Numbered from the stretch's first letter, positions 37,238 through 47,383 are shown. The stretch is 64,000 bases of DNA from an uncultured Candidatus Saccharibacteria bacterium (GCA_964639505.1 CAZXDL010000001.1:78490-142489); one strand, 5' to 3'. Made by a program: numbers and translations. The notes: generated from the letters alone by a model not told the origin.

Positions 37238-39213
37238 GCTTTCGACCTACTTAGCTTTTCTATATTATTTATTTCTGCTACTGAAAGCGTGTACTCCGTG
37301 TCATCGTCTAAAGTTCTGACTATTATCAGTGAAATTATCCCGAGCGCGCCGATTACCCCAAGCCAAACAATATGCCAAATAAGTCCAAATCCCGTTATAA
37401 ATGCTGCGGCGGCAATTAATATGCCCACGGGGGTATTTTTTGGAATAACAATCGGTTTAATGGTTGTGGGCTTAGTTGATTTGGATTGTTTTTGCGCCCA
37501 CCAGGCGTCTCTCTCAGTAACTTCCGGCAGAGTTGCAAAATTATAAAGCGGAGCAGGTGAAGTTGTAGACCATTCGAGTGTACGTCCATCCCACGGATCG
37601 CCTGTCAGATCAAGATTTTGCTTGCGGTGTTTGATACTGACAACGAACTGTAGCACTTGAAAGCCAACCCCCGTTAAAATGACCGCGACACCCACAGCCG
37701 AAACTATAAACAGACCTTGCCAACCGAGCGAAGCATCATAATGATCCAACCGCCTCGTAGCCCCCATCATGCCAAGTATATAGAGTGGAATAAACGCTAG
37801 TAAAAAGCCAACAAACCAACACCAAAACGCGTATCGGCCAAGCCGTTCATTAAGTGTAAATCCAAAAACTTTAGGAAACCAGTATGTTATAGCTGCCATA
37901 TACCCGAAGACTACGCCACCGATGACCATGGTGTGGAAATGGGCAACTAGAAACAGGCTGTTATGCACTTGGAAATCTATGGCAGGGACAGCCATCAATA
38001 CACCAGCCACGCCACCGATCGTGAAAGTAACTATAAAACCCAGGAACCACAGCATGGGCGTAGCAATTCGTATTCTGCCTCGATACATTGTAAACAACCA
38101 GTTAAATATCTTTACACCGGTCGGCACCGCGATAATCATTGTCATGACTCCAAAAAAAGCATTTACGTTCGGCCCAGCGCCCATCGTAAAGAAGTGATGT
38201 AGCCAAACTAAGTACGAAAGCACGGTTATCGCGCCAATTGCCCAGACCATGGATGTATAACCAAACAGCCGTTTGCGCGAAAAAGTTGACACGATTTCAG
38301 AAAACGCCCCGAAAGCGGGCAAAATTAGTATGTAAACCTCTGGGTGACCCCATGCCCAAATTAAATTGACATACATCATCGGATTGCCGCCGGCCTCTGC
38401 AGTAAAGAAGTGCATTCCCATCAGCCTATCTAGTGAAAGCATGGCCAGAGTAGCGGTAAGTACGGGAAAGGCAAATACTACCAGTAGCATGCTGCCAACA
38501 ACGCTCCAGCAAAACATCGGCATTTTCATCAAGCTCATGCCGGGTCGCCGCATCTTTAATATCGTAACTAAAAAGTTAACTCCAGAAAGCAGGCTGCCAA
38601 TACCTGCAATCTGCAAACTCCATATCCAATAATCTATGCCGACACCTGGGCTATATTTCAATTCGGATAAAGGGGGATAAGCCAACCATCCCGCAGCCGA
38701 AAACTCACCGATCGCCAATGAAACATTTACGAGCGCCATACCGGCTGCAAATAGCCAAAAGCTAGTTGCATTAAGAAAAGGAAATGCCACGTCTCTTGCA
38801 CCAATTTGCAAAGGCACAATGAGATTTATAAGGCCAAACATTAAACCCATTGCTACAAAAAAGATCATAACTGTACCGTGAGCCGAAAAAATCTGCTGGA
38901 AGTGGTCTGATGTCAAAAAACCATGCGCGTTACCGACAGAGGTTGCTTGTTGAGCACGCATCATTGCTGCGTCAGTTAGCCCTTTAACCAGCATTAGCAC
39001 AGCTACAAGAATGTACATCACGCCTATTTTTTTAGGGTCTACAGTAGTCAGCCATTCACGCCAGAGCCATTTCCAGCGTTTTGTATACGTCAGCAGGGCA
39101 ACAACAGCCAAAGTTGCTATAGTCATGCCAACCACCCCGCCCATCGCGACTTTATCGTGCTGAAACGCCTCGAGGTTGAGCCTGCCGAGCAAATTGCCAA
39201 ATAATATGCTCAC
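37234..39213 (-). CDS. cyoB: Cytochrome o ubiquinol oxidase subunit I (heme-copper oxidase)
   Basis: HGTVMIFF, WAWGHPEVYILILP and HFHTMVIGG are the heme and CuB ligand regions. Confidence 0.95.
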   Translation of the reverse strand: MSILFGNLLGRLNLEAFQHDKVAMGGVVGMTIATLAVVALLTYTKRWKWLWREWLTTVDPKKIGVMYILVAVLMLVKGLTDAAMMRAQQATSVGNAHGFLTSDHFQQIFSAHGTVMIFFVAMGLMFGLINLIVPLQIGARDVAFPFLNATSFWLFAAGMALVNVSLAIGEFSAAGWLAYPPLSELKYSPGVGIDYWIWSLQIAGIGSLLSGVNFLVTILKMRRPGMSLMKMPMFCWSVVGSMLLVVFAFPVLTATLAMLSLDRLMGMHFFTAEAGGNPMMYVNLIWAWGHPEVYILILPAFGAFSEIVSTFSRKRLFGYTSMVWAIGAITVLSYLVWLHHFFTMGAGPNVNAFFGVMTMIIAVPTGVKIFNWLFTMYRGRIRIATPMLWFLGFIVTFTIGGVAGVLMAVPAIDFQVHNSLFLVAHFHTMVIGGVVFGYMAAITYWFPKVFGFTLNERLGRYAFWCWFVGFLLAFIPLYILGMMGATRRLDHYDASLGWQGLFIVSAVGVAVILTGVGFQVLQFVVSIKHRKQNLDLTGDPWDGRTLEWSTTSPAPLYNFATLPEVTERDAWWAQKQSKSTKPTTIKPIVIPKNTPVGILIAAAAFITGFGLIWHIVWLGVIGALGIISLIIVRTLDDDTEYTLSVAEINNIEKLSRSKA

Positions 39214-40103
39214 TGTGCACTCTTTTCGGTTTTTGATGTAATGGTAGTGGGCGTCATGTATTTCATTATGACTGAATCATACAGGTGCGGGTCAACATAT
39301 GAAAACGTGGCTGGTGAATTATTTTCGCTTGGCAATGAAAGGATTTTATATTGGTTGAGGGTAAGACTATTATCTGACTGCTTTACTCTATTTACCCAGC
39401 TATCAAAGTCTAGACGAGTGGTTGATTTGGCTTCAAAATTCATACCAGCAAAGCCTCGGCCACTGATATTTGCAGACGAGCCACGATAGGTACCGGTGCT
39501 ATCAGCCATAAGATTAAGCTGAGTTGACATACCTGTCATTGCGTATATTTGTCCGCCTAATCTTGGAATCCAAAATGAATTCATTGGCGCATCGGCTGTT
39601 ATTTCAAATTTGATTGGCGTGCGCTCCGGAAACTGAACATAATTAAGGCTGGCGATCTGTTGATCGGGGTATATAAATAGCCACTTCCAATCGAGGGCCA
39701 CAACTTGTATGGTTAATGAGTTGGTGGAGGAATTGATCGGCTTGAATGGGTCAAGATCGTGTGAAGTCTTCCAGGTTATGCCTGCTAATATTAGTATCAT
39801 GATCAGTGGTACTGTCCACCAAATCGTCTCGGCCAAAACGCTGTGGTCCCAATCAGGCTGGTATTTAGCCTTTTTATTGCCCTCACGGTATTTCCAGACG
39901 AAGTAAAAAGTCATAAAAAATACCGGCACTATGATCAGCACACTCATTAGAGTTGTTAGTATTATCAGATTTCTTTGCTTATCAGCGATTTCGCCCCTAG
40001 GGCTTAATATTGCCATAGAATCAATGTTGGCTATAAACAGATACAGCAAAGCAGCACATATGAATGTTAAAAGAGCTAGTAGGATATTGCTTTTTTTGCT
40101 CAT
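39210..40103 (-). CDS. cyoA: Cytochrome o ubiquinol oxidase subunit II (no CuA site)
   Basis: SFWIPRLGGQIYAMTGMSTQLNLMADSTGTYRGSSANISGRGFAGMNF parallels E. coli CyoA. It lacks the Cys/His/Met CuA ligands of cytochrome c oxidases. Confidence 0.9.
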   Translation of the reverse strand: MSKKSNILLALLTFICAALLYLFIANIDSMAILSPRGEIADKQRNLIILTTLMSVLIIVPVFFMTFYFVWKYREGNKKAKYQPDWDHSVLAETIWWTVPLIMILILAGITWKTSHDLDPFKPINSSTNSLTIQVVALDWKWLFIYPDQQIASLNYVQFPERTPIKFEITADAPMNSFWIPRLGGQIYAMTGMSTQLNLMADSTGTYRGSSANISGRGFAGMNFEAKSTTRLDFDSWVNRVKQSDNSLTLNQYKILSLPSENNSPATFSYVDPHLYDSVIMKYMTPTTITSKTEKSAQ

Positions 40104-40182
40104 ATATCGCTCACGATAATCACAACCATCTTAACTACACTATAGCAGTTATAAGACTAACAGATGGAATATTTATTTGAGT

Positions 40183-40413
40183 CTAGTGTTCGTAAATAAG
40201 ATTGGACTCGAGCCGGTCAAGTCGGTCTTCGATGCGGTCGAACCTCAAATTTACAACTTCAAAATCAGCGCCGATATACTGCCGCATTTCGGATAACTCT
40301 TGGCTGATCTCGCGTATTGCGCTTAAAAGTGAAGTGAATGGCTGATTAAAGTCGTCGTTTGGAGTTGATATAGCTTGCATGGTGTTAAAATTATAGGCGC
40401 AGTAAATTAACAA
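40183..40413 (-). CDS. Small hypothetical protein (76 aa, helical)
   Basis: ORF only, with a heptad-like C-terminus (RFDRIEDRLDRLESNL). Confidence 0.4.
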   Translation of the reverse strand: MLIYCAYNFNTMQAISTPNDDFNQPFTSLLSAIREISQELSEMRQYIGADFEVVNLRFDRIEDRLDRLESNLIYEH

Positions 40414-40458
40414 AGCTAAATATTTTTAATGAATTTAATATTTATTTAATGTTTGAGC

Positions 40459-42123
40459 CTAGAAATGTTGACGGATATGCCCGAACGAATACTCCCAATC
40501 GGCGTCAGACTTTTTATGTGGATTAAAAATATTTTTAGGGTCCATTATTTGTTTGGTTTGCTTAAATAGTTTACACATTTCCTCGCCGTACATTTTTTCG
40601 AGCCATGGACCTCGCACAAGCCCATCGTTGTGTTCGCCTGAGAGTGACCCCCCGTATTTCAAAACTAGGTTGTTTACTGCCTTCATAGCAGGCAGAATTT
40701 TTTTGCGGTCGTCTGGATCTTCTAACTTCATCAGCGGAATAACGTGGAAGTTTCCATCACCCATATGGCCCGCAATGGTCGCGAACAACTTGTATTTCTT
40801 TATGATTTGGCGCAAACGTGGCAAGAAATCAGTTAAGTACTCTGGTGGCACAACAAAATCATCAATAAAAGGAGCTGTGTGCTTGTCTTTAACCTTGCTC
40901 CTAAGTAGTTGAAAACTGTAGCGGCGCATGATCCAAAACTTTTCGGACTTTGCCTCAGTGGGCGTTTCTTCAAAACCGTTTATTTCATATCGCGCCCGAT
41001 GCTTACTAAGCTCTGTGTGTAGATTTCTTACTTTATGTCGAACTTCTTCTTCGGATTCACCATTAAATTCGACCATCAGTACTAATTTAGGCATTCCGCG
41101 TAGGAGTTGTATTCCGTCAGGAATTAAAGTTATCAAGAGGTGTAAAAATCGTTTCCATCCCAAAAGCTTTAAAAAACTTGGCATGAATCGAATTGAAAGC
41201 CTGAGCGTAGCATCGTCAAATGATTCAAATGTCGCGGGCTTTGATTCAAGGACTTTAGGAATCACCTCGCCAAGATCATCAATGTCTTTCATAAATAACA
41301 CCAGTAAGCCGGAGTGTGCCTTTTTGGGAACTAATCTAAAGTGAATATCCGTCACGAGCCCAAGCGTTCCTTGACCGCCAACAATTAACTTTGTCAGGTC
41401 AAAAACACCGCTGTCTCGGTCCCAAACATCCCATAAATTATAGCCAGTTGAGTTTTTACTCACGTGTGGCTTGGCGGCTTTGATTTTGTCATAATTTGCT
41501 TCAATAAGCTTATATAATTTGCGGTAAACTTCGCCCTCGAAATCCTTCTGTTTCATTTTTTTAACCAGCTCAGCCTCTTTTATTGGCTTTACTGTCCGCT
41601 TAACACCGTCAGCAAATACGAAGTCAAGCTCGGTAACAAAATCTTCTGTTTTACCAAATTCTAATGACTTCTCTCCGCCGGCGTTATTGTTGACCATACC
41701 GCCCACACTAGCCAGCTCCCGAGACGCCGGATAGGTGGGCATAAGTGCATTATGCTTGAGAGTGTGGGGCTCAAAATCTCTGTAGTAAACACCCGGTTGG
41801 ACTTGTGCGCTATTTGATGTAACTTTTTCAATTTTATTAAAGTACTTCAAGAAATCCACGATTATTGAATCATTGATCGCTCCACCAGACATACAAGTAC
41901 CAGCTGATCTCGCAGTCAGGCTCAGTGCTGGATTAGCTTTTTTGGCGGCGTCGACGATCTTAACAAGCTTTTCGACATCTTTTGCGTCTTTGGGTGCAAC
42001 TACTAGCTGAGGCCTGAGCTCAAACATCGAAGCATCATGACTGTATAAATCCAGAGTCGTGGGATCATCTTTTAAATCACCAGCAAAACCGGCCTTCTGC
42101 AAATGAGTTTTTATATTATCCAT
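40459..42123 (-). CDS. FAD-linked oxidase (GlcD / D-lactate dehydrogenase family)
   Basis: N-terminal FAD-binding PCMH-type region (ARSAGTCMSGG, ...GGMVNNNAGG) and a C-terminal FAD-oxidase_C-like region (GHMGDGNFH, SGEHNDG). ATG 42123 is preferred over TTG 42126. Confidence 0.85.
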   Translation of the reverse strand: MDNIKTHLQKAGFAGDLKDDPTTLDLYSHDASMFELRPQLVVAPKDAKDVEKLVKIVDAAKKANPALSLTARSAGTCMSGGAINDSIIVDFLKYFNKIEKVTSNSAQVQPGVYYRDFEPHTLKHNALMPTYPASRELASVGGMVNNNAGGEKSLEFGKTEDFVTELDFVFADGVKRTVKPIKEAELVKKMKQKDFEGEVYRKLYKLIEANYDKIKAAKPHVSKNSTGYNLWDVWDRDSGVFDLTKLIVGGQGTLGLVTDIHFRLVPKKAHSGLLVLFMKDIDDLGEVIPKVLESKPATFESFDDATLRLSIRFMPSFLKLLGWKRFLHLLITLIPDGIQLLRGMPKLVLMVEFNGESEEEVRHKVRNLHTELSKHRARYEINGFEETPTEAKSEKFWIMRRYSFQLLRSKVKDKHTAPFIDDFVVPPEYLTDFLPRLRQIIKKYKLFATIAGHMGDGNFHVIPLMKLEDPDDRKKILPAMKAVNNLVLKYGGSLSGEHNDGLVRGPWLEKMYGEEMCKLFKQTKQIMDPKNIFNPHKKSDADWEYSFGHIRQHF

Positions 42124-42154
42124 CAAGGTTAAGCTTAGCGGTCAATAACACTTC

Positions 42155-42184
42155 TTGCAAGATGCTTATCCTTTAGCATAGAAT
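42155..42184 (+). promoter_or_regulatory. Promoter TTGCAA-18 nt-TAGAAT, 8 nt upstream of ndh ATG (leaderless geometry)
   Basis: TTGCAA at 42155-42160, TAGAAT at 42179-42184 and ATG at 42193. No SD is possible in the 8-nt gap. Confidence 0.55.
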
Positions 42185-42192
42185 ATGTCGTA

Positions 42193-43383
42193 ATGGCAAA
42201 ATACAAAGTTTTAATTGTCGGAGGCGGTTTTGGAGGCGTAAAAGCAGCCCTTGAACTGTGCGACGACCCTAGTTTTAAAATCACCTTACTCAGTGATGAC
42301 ACAGATCTTCGCTATTACCCGACGCTGTATCATACGGCAACCGGGGGCAAAAAGGCCAATTCTAGCATTCCACTAAATAAAATTTTTGAGGGCAAAAAAG
42401 TTAGTATCGTTCAAGGAGTTGCTCAATCACTAGACAGAAAAACTAAGCTTGTAAAGACCAAAGCGGGCGATGAGTACGAATATGATTATCTAATAATTGG
42501 GCTTGGTGTCGTAACAAATTACTTTGGCATATCGGGATTGCCTGAATATTCATATAGTATTAAAACTCAATCAGAGGTCGAGCGATTCAAAAAACACCTC
42601 CACCAACAGCTTTTAGATGAGAGAAAACCCGACTTACACTACGTAATAGTTGGTGCCGGCCCTACAGGCATTGAACTGGCTGGCGCTCTGCCTAAGTACC
42701 TGCAGTACATTATGAAAAACCACGACATAAAATCACAAAGGATTCATATCGATCTCATCGAGGCTCTGCCACGATTATTACCACGCCTGCCCAAACATAC
42801 CTCCCGATTAGTTGCTAAGCACTTAAAAAAGCTAGGCATTCGCCTATATCTTGGTAAAGCAGTTCAAGGGCAAACGGCAGACGAATTGACGGTTAGCGGC
42901 AAGCCGATTCGCAGCCATACCGTAGTTTGGACAGCTGGCGTCACAAATCATCCGTTCTTCAAAGAAAACGATTTCGTAATTACTAAAAGAGGCAAAGTCT
43001 CGGTCGACGCATATTTGCAAGCCGAGGAAAACATTTTTGTAATTGGAGATAATTCAAATACACCATATAGCGGCTTAGCTCAAACAGCTCTTCACGATGG
43101 CGTTTTTGTTGCAAAAAACTTAAAGAGGTTTTCAAAAAACAAGCAGTTCAAAAGCTATTTAGCTAAGGAGCCAATTACTGTCATACCGGCTGGGCCGTAC
43201 TGGGCCGCAGTTATATGGGGCAAGGTTAAGCTCCACGGCCGTCCAGGCTGGCTTTTACGTCAAGCAAGCGAAGTTGTTGGCTTCCACGATCTTCAACCGT
43301 GGCCAAAGGCCGCTATGCAATTTATGACTCAGTTTGAAGCCGAGGATAACTGCGAGGTTTGCGCCAAAGCAACAGCCAGCTAG
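42193..43383 (+). CDS. ndh: Type II NADH dehydrogenase (NDH-2) family FAD oxidoreductase
   Basis: Two dinucleotide folds, VLIVGGGFGGVKAA and VIVGAGPTGIELAG, plus VIGDNS. Confidence 0.85.
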   Translation: MAKYKVLIVGGGFGGVKAALELCDDPSFKITLLSDDTDLRYYPTLYHTATGGKKANSSIPLNKIFEGKKVSIVQGVAQSLDRKTKLVKTKAGDEYEYDYLIIGLGVVTNYFGISGLPEYSYSIKTQSEVERFKKHLHQQLLDERKPDLHYVIVGAGPTGIELAGALPKYLQYIMKNHDIKSQRIHIDLIEALPRLLPRLPKHTSRLVAKHLKKLGIRLYLGKAVQGQTADELTVSGKPIRSHTVVWTAGVTNHPFFKENDFVITKRGKVSVDAYLQAEENIFVIGDNSNTPYSGLAQTALHDGVFVAKNLKRFSKNKQFKSYLAKEPITVIPAGPYWAAVIWGKVKLHGRPGWLLRQASEVVGFHDLQPWPKAAMQFMTQFEAEDNCEVCAKATAS

Positions 43384-43416
43384 TCGCGGTTATAACAAAC
43401 GATATACAATATATCT

Positions 43417-46400
43417 ATGGAAAAGGGGTTTGCAGCCGCTTATAAGCAGCTTAATTCTGCACAAAAACAGGCCGTCGATGCAATCGATGGCCCAGTCTTG
43501 GTTGTGGCTGGTCCAGGTACCGGTAAAACCCAACTACTTAGTTTACGGGTCGCGAATATCCTTTTAAAAACAGACTCTGACGCCAGCAATATATTGTGCT
43601 TAACATTTACCAATAAAGCGGCCGTTAATATGCGCGATCGTTTATATCAACTAATCGGTCCAGCTTCGAGAAACGTTATTGTTAAAACTTTTCACAGTTT
43701 CGCGGCAGACATTATGAATCAGTATCCGGATTATTTCTGGGAGGGCGCCAGACTAAGTGTCGCTCCAGACGCCGTCCAAGCGGAAATTATTCAAAAAATA
43801 CTAGCAAGTCTGCCGCTGGCAAACCCACTGTCGAGCACATTTGCAGGCAGCTATACAGCTCTCACCGATGTTAAGCAGGCCTTAAAGCTTGCCAAAGAAG
43901 CAGGCCTAACGCCCGATGAGCTTAAGACTGCAATTGATGAAAACCTGAAATACATTAATAGCATCGAGCGAGATTTTATTAATATTGTTCCGCCTACCTT
44001 AAGCACAAAAAAATTAGCAGAGCTCGGTGCCAAAATTAATAAACTGCCGGCACAAAAAACGACTCAAAAGCATATATTGCTTTCACTTGATGTCAGTATT
44101 AAAGAAAGTTTGGTCGCAGCAATCTCACAGGATGAAAATACCAATAAAACAAAAGAAACAGGCAAATGGAAGCAGCGCTGGATCCAAACGGTTAACGGTA
44201 AACGAGGTATGTTTAAAGAACGCGCCCGCAATGAGTGGTGGCTGGCGGTAGCGGATGTTTATGAATCATACCGTGATCAGCTCCATCAGCGCGGTTTTTA
44301 CGATTACTCCGACATGATGATAGAAGTTATTGAGCAGGTTCAAAAAGAACCAAACTTGCGGGCTGACCTACAGGAACGGTTTTTATATGTTTTGATAGAC
44401 GAATTTCAAGATACCAATGCAGCTCAGCTAAGACTGGCACATTTAGTTGCAGATCATTATAGCTCTAATAACCGCCCAAATCTGATGGCTGTAGGTGATG
44501 ACGACCAGTCAATTTTTGCATTTAACGGTGCTGAATTAAACAATATGATCGGTTTTGCCCGCAGCTACCCTGACACAAAATTAATCGTACTCAAAGACAA
44601 TTACCGCTCATCTCAGGCTATACTAGAAGCCGCTTCTTCTATCATCCAATTAGCAGAAGACAGGCTGGTAAACCGCGAGCCTAATATTACAAAAAATCTA
44701 AATTCCCAAAATCCACCTAATCAGATTTCTTTAATCCAGCACAACAGCTACCCAACCCGGCAACATCAGCAAAGTGCAGTGGCCAAAGAGATTAAGGCAC
44801 TGTGGGATTCTGGTGAGACCGACATCGCCGTACTCTCTCGCAAGCACGAAGGTCTCGAACAGCTGGCAGGAATATTACTGCGGCTCAATGTGCCAATAAG
44901 GTATGAGCGCCGCAATAACGTCTTAGATAACGAAGGTGTAGCTGAAATTTGTAAAATCGCGGCTCTGGCCGTTGAAATATCCAGCGGCGATCGAGCGAAA
45001 GTGAATCTCGGAATAGCCGAAATAATCAAGCACCCAATGTGGAAGCTCAGCCCAAAGACATTGTGGAAACTGGCGATTGATAACTATAGCAACAACGATT
45101 GGCTCGAAAGCCTGTTAAACCATGAAGATCCTGAAATAAGCCAGATTGGCTACTGGCTTACATGGCTGGGGCGCATTAGCGACGAGCAGCCGTTGGCAAT
45201 AGTTATGAATTATATTATTGGAATGGAAGAGGGCGAATATATGCTAAGCCCGTTCAGAGAATATTATCTAGAATTTAGGCCGCTCAGCATAACCTACCTC
45301 GATACTCTGTCTGCAATAAGTATCTTACGGGGCCTAGCCAATGAGTTTAGTGACAGTCAAGCAACATTGACGGACTTTGTACGATTTATAGATCTAAACC
45401 GTAGCACCGGTAGCGTAATTGCCGATGAATCATGGTTTGTAAGCGGCGAAAAGGCTGTGCAACTGATTACAATTCATAAGGCAAAAGGGCTGGAATTTGA
45501 GCATGTCTATGTAGTAGACGCGATTGAGTCATCGTGGCAGCCGAGCGTCAGAGGCAGGGCATCGCCGGCCAACCTTCGGCTTCAACCTTATGGCGAAAAA
45601 TATGATGATTATATAAGACTACTGTACGTTGCTCTAACTCGAGCAAAGCGTAATTTTACCGCAACAAGCTACTTTACAGACGATAAGGGAACTGAGATTC
45701 TGGCAACGCCGCTCTTGGCTGGACTTACGCCTAATAAAATTGTATCCGCTGATGATGATGCGATTAACATTTTAGAAGACGACTTGCGCTGGCCCCGCCT
45801 TGAAACCAAAGATGAGCGAGCATTGTTGTCAGAACGACTCGCCACTTATTCACTCAGTGAAACGGCCCTAACTAACTTTCTAAATGTTGCCGAGGCTGGT
45901 CCGAACAGCTTTTTGGAGCGTCATTTATTACGAATTCCTAAGCCACGTTCTTCGCAGGGCAGCTACGGTTCTGCAATACACGCCGCACTTGAGACTGCAC
46001 AGCGACTTGTGAATACAGCTAAACTTGATGTTGGCACCGTTTTAGATCGCTTTGATGCAGCTTTGTCCGATGAGCACATGAACTCAATTGAATTCGAAAA
46101 GTATAAGACCCGAGGACATGATTTATTCAAACACCTGTTTAATGATGAAAGGCTGGTAATTACAAAAGGTGGATTAAGTGAACAGCATATTAGGGATATC
46201 ATAATCGGAACAGCCAATATTAACGGTAAGTTAGATCGTATAGATATAGCTGATGGGAACCTTATTATAAGCGACTATAAAACAGGGAAACCGTTAAGCA
46301 ATTTTGAAACAAAAGACCAAACTAAACAGGTTAAGGCATGGCGTCATAAAAATCAGCTGCTATTTTACACGCTCTTGGCAAAGCATAGTGGCAGGTTTAA

Positions 46401-46629
46401 AAAAACCTCGCGCCTGCAAGCTCAGATGATATATCTTGAAGCTGAAAAAAACACCGAACTATACCTAAGGCACAGACCTGAAATCGCAGATTTAAAAAGA
46501 CTGGAGAAGCTCATTGAGGCTGTCTGGAAACACATTATGGATCTGGATTTCCCCGACATCAGCAAATACACAAAAGATATTTCGGGTATTAAGAATTTTG
46601 AAAATGATTTAATTGACGGCAAAATTTAA
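43417..46629 (+). CDS. UvrD/PcrA-type helicase fused to RecB-type PD-(D/E)XK nuclease
   Basis: LNSAQKQAV, GPGTGKTQ, VLIDEFQDTN, VGDDDQSIFAFNGA, DNYRS, TIHKAKGLEFEHVYV and LLYVALTRAK. C-terminal GSAIHAALE, LDRIDI, ISDYKTGK and QLLFY. Confidence 0.88.
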   Translation: MEKGFAAAYKQLNSAQKQAVDAIDGPVLVVAGPGTGKTQLLSLRVANILLKTDSDASNILCLTFTNKAAVNMRDRLYQLIGPASRNVIVKTFHSFAADIMNQYPDYFWEGARLSVAPDAVQAEIIQKILASLPLANPLSSTFAGSYTALTDVKQALKLAKEAGLTPDELKTAIDENLKYINSIERDFINIVPPTLSTKKLAELGAKINKLPAQKTTQKHILLSLDVSIKESLVAAISQDENTNKTKETGKWKQRWIQTVNGKRGMFKERARNEWWLAVADVYESYRDQLHQRGFYDYSDMMIEVIEQVQKEPNLRADLQERFLYVLIDEFQDTNAAQLRLAHLVADHYSSNNRPNLMAVGDDDQSIFAFNGAELNNMIGFARSYPDTKLIVLKDNYRSSQAILEAASSIIQLAEDRLVNREPNITKNLNSQNPPNQISLIQHNSYPTRQHQQSAVAKEIKALWDSGETDIAVLSRKHEGLEQLAGILLRLNVPIRYERRNNVLDNEGVAEICKIAALAVEISSGDRAKVNLGIAEIIKHPMWKLSPKTLWKLAIDNYSNNDWLESLLNHEDPEISQIGYWLTWLGRISDEQPLAIVMNYIIGMEEGEYMLSPFREYYLEFRPLSITYLDTLSAISILRGLANEFSDSQATLTDFVRFIDLNRSTGSVIADESWFVSGEKAVQLITIHKAKGLEFEHVYVVDAIESSWQPSVRGRASPANLRLQPYGEKYDDYIRLLYVALTRAKRNFTATSYFTDDKGTEILATPLLAGLTPNKIVSADDDAINILEDDLRWPRLETKDERALLSERLATYSLSETALTNFLNVAEAGPNSFLERHLLRIPKPRSSQGSYGSAIHAALETAQRLVNTAKLDVGTVLDRFDAALSDEHMNSIEFEKYKTRGHDLFKHLFNDERLVITKGGLSEQHIRDIIIGTANINGKLDRIDIADGNLIISDYKTGKPLSNFETKDQTKQVKAWRHKNQLLFYTLLAKHSGRFKKTSRLQAQMIYLEAEKNTELYLRHRPEIADLKRLEKLIEAVWKHIMDLDFPDISKYTKDISGIKNFENDLIDGKI

Positions 46630-46651
46630 GCCGCTCGGCGGACCGAGCGGC
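46630..46651. terminator. Hairpin between convergent helicase and aquaporin genes
   Basis: 9-bp GC-rich stem GCCGCTCGG / CCGAGCGGC with loop CGGA. The T-tract is weak on both strands. Confidence 0.55.
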
Positions 46652-46675
46652 ATTGTAAACCTAAATGTGTTTGTA

Positions 46676-47383
46676 TTATTTCTTCTTTTTAGATGTGGAT
46701 CGTTTAGCTTTAGCTGATTTGCTTGCTGCTGGAGCTGAAGATCTTACGGCAGATAGTTTTGGAATATCTCCAGCGAAAAGCGTAGCGTAGAGATTAATGC
46801 CGATAACGGCACCAAGTATCGGGCCAGCGACATAGGTACCCACAACCCATGCATTAGCGCCGAGGGCAACTGCAGGGTTTAGCAGGCCAAGTGAAGCAGA
46901 GGATGCAGCCAAGATGCCGATCATTAGGCCAAGTCCAACAAATGAAGCGCTCACCGCACGACTAAAGCCTTGATAGACTGCTGAAGCGAAACAAAAGGCA
47001 AAAATACCAGCTCCGACTGCCTCAGCAGTAAAAATCTGCCAGCCAAACTTGCCACCAACGGCCTGTAAGTCATTCCCGACTAAATAGACATACAGCTGAG
47101 CAGCTAACCATGCGCCCAAAAACTGGAAAGCGATATAAAGTATGGCCGTTATAGTGTCAACCTTGCGAGCCGTCCACCACCCTAGCGTAATGGCTGGATT
47201 AAAATGTGCCTTTGAAGCTGTGCCCAACGCAAAAGACATTAACACGATTGCGAGTCCGGCAGTCGATGCCACGAAAAACGGAACTCCAATACTCGATCTT
47301 TGTACAGTTAGCACCAGCAGTGTCAAAACGCCGGCACCGATAAACTCAGCTACAAGTGCAGCTATCTTTTGTCTTCCAAACAT
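46676..47383 (-). CDS. MIP family channel (aquaporin/glycerol facilitator)
   Basis: Two NPA boxes (HFNPAITLG and LLNPAVALG) and a Lys-rich C-terminal tail. The start is set to ATG 47383 (MFGRQK) because GTGGAGG just upstream serves as the SD. Confidence 0.9.
   Translation of the reverse strand: MFGRQKIAALVAEFIGAGVLTLLVLTVQRSSIGVPFFVASTAGLAIVLMSFALGTASKAHFNPAITLGWWTARKVDTITAILYIAFQFLGAWLAAQLYVYLVGNDLQAVGGKFGWQIFTAEAVGAGIFAFCFASAVYQGFSRAVSASFVGLGLMIGILAASSASLGLLNPAVALGANAWVVGTYVAGPILGAVIGINLYATLFAGDIPKLSAVRSSAPAASKSAKAKRSTSKKKK

Noticed and set aside
40109-40124. TGTGATTATCGTGAGC (minus strand) upstream of cyoA as a third CRP-type box
   Set aside because: Only the first half-site matches. The second half reads TGAGC instead of TCACA, so it is not a palindrome.
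40553-41344. Plus-strand ORFs 40553-40912 and 40928-41344 (119 and 138 aa). Similar antisense ORFs occur at 1240-1581, 29249-29563, 52621-53161, 60627-61049 and 62730-63179.
   Set aside because: All lie antisense within genes that have strong family motifs, and their translations are Ser/Arg/Leu-rich shadow-frame products. There is no independent support.
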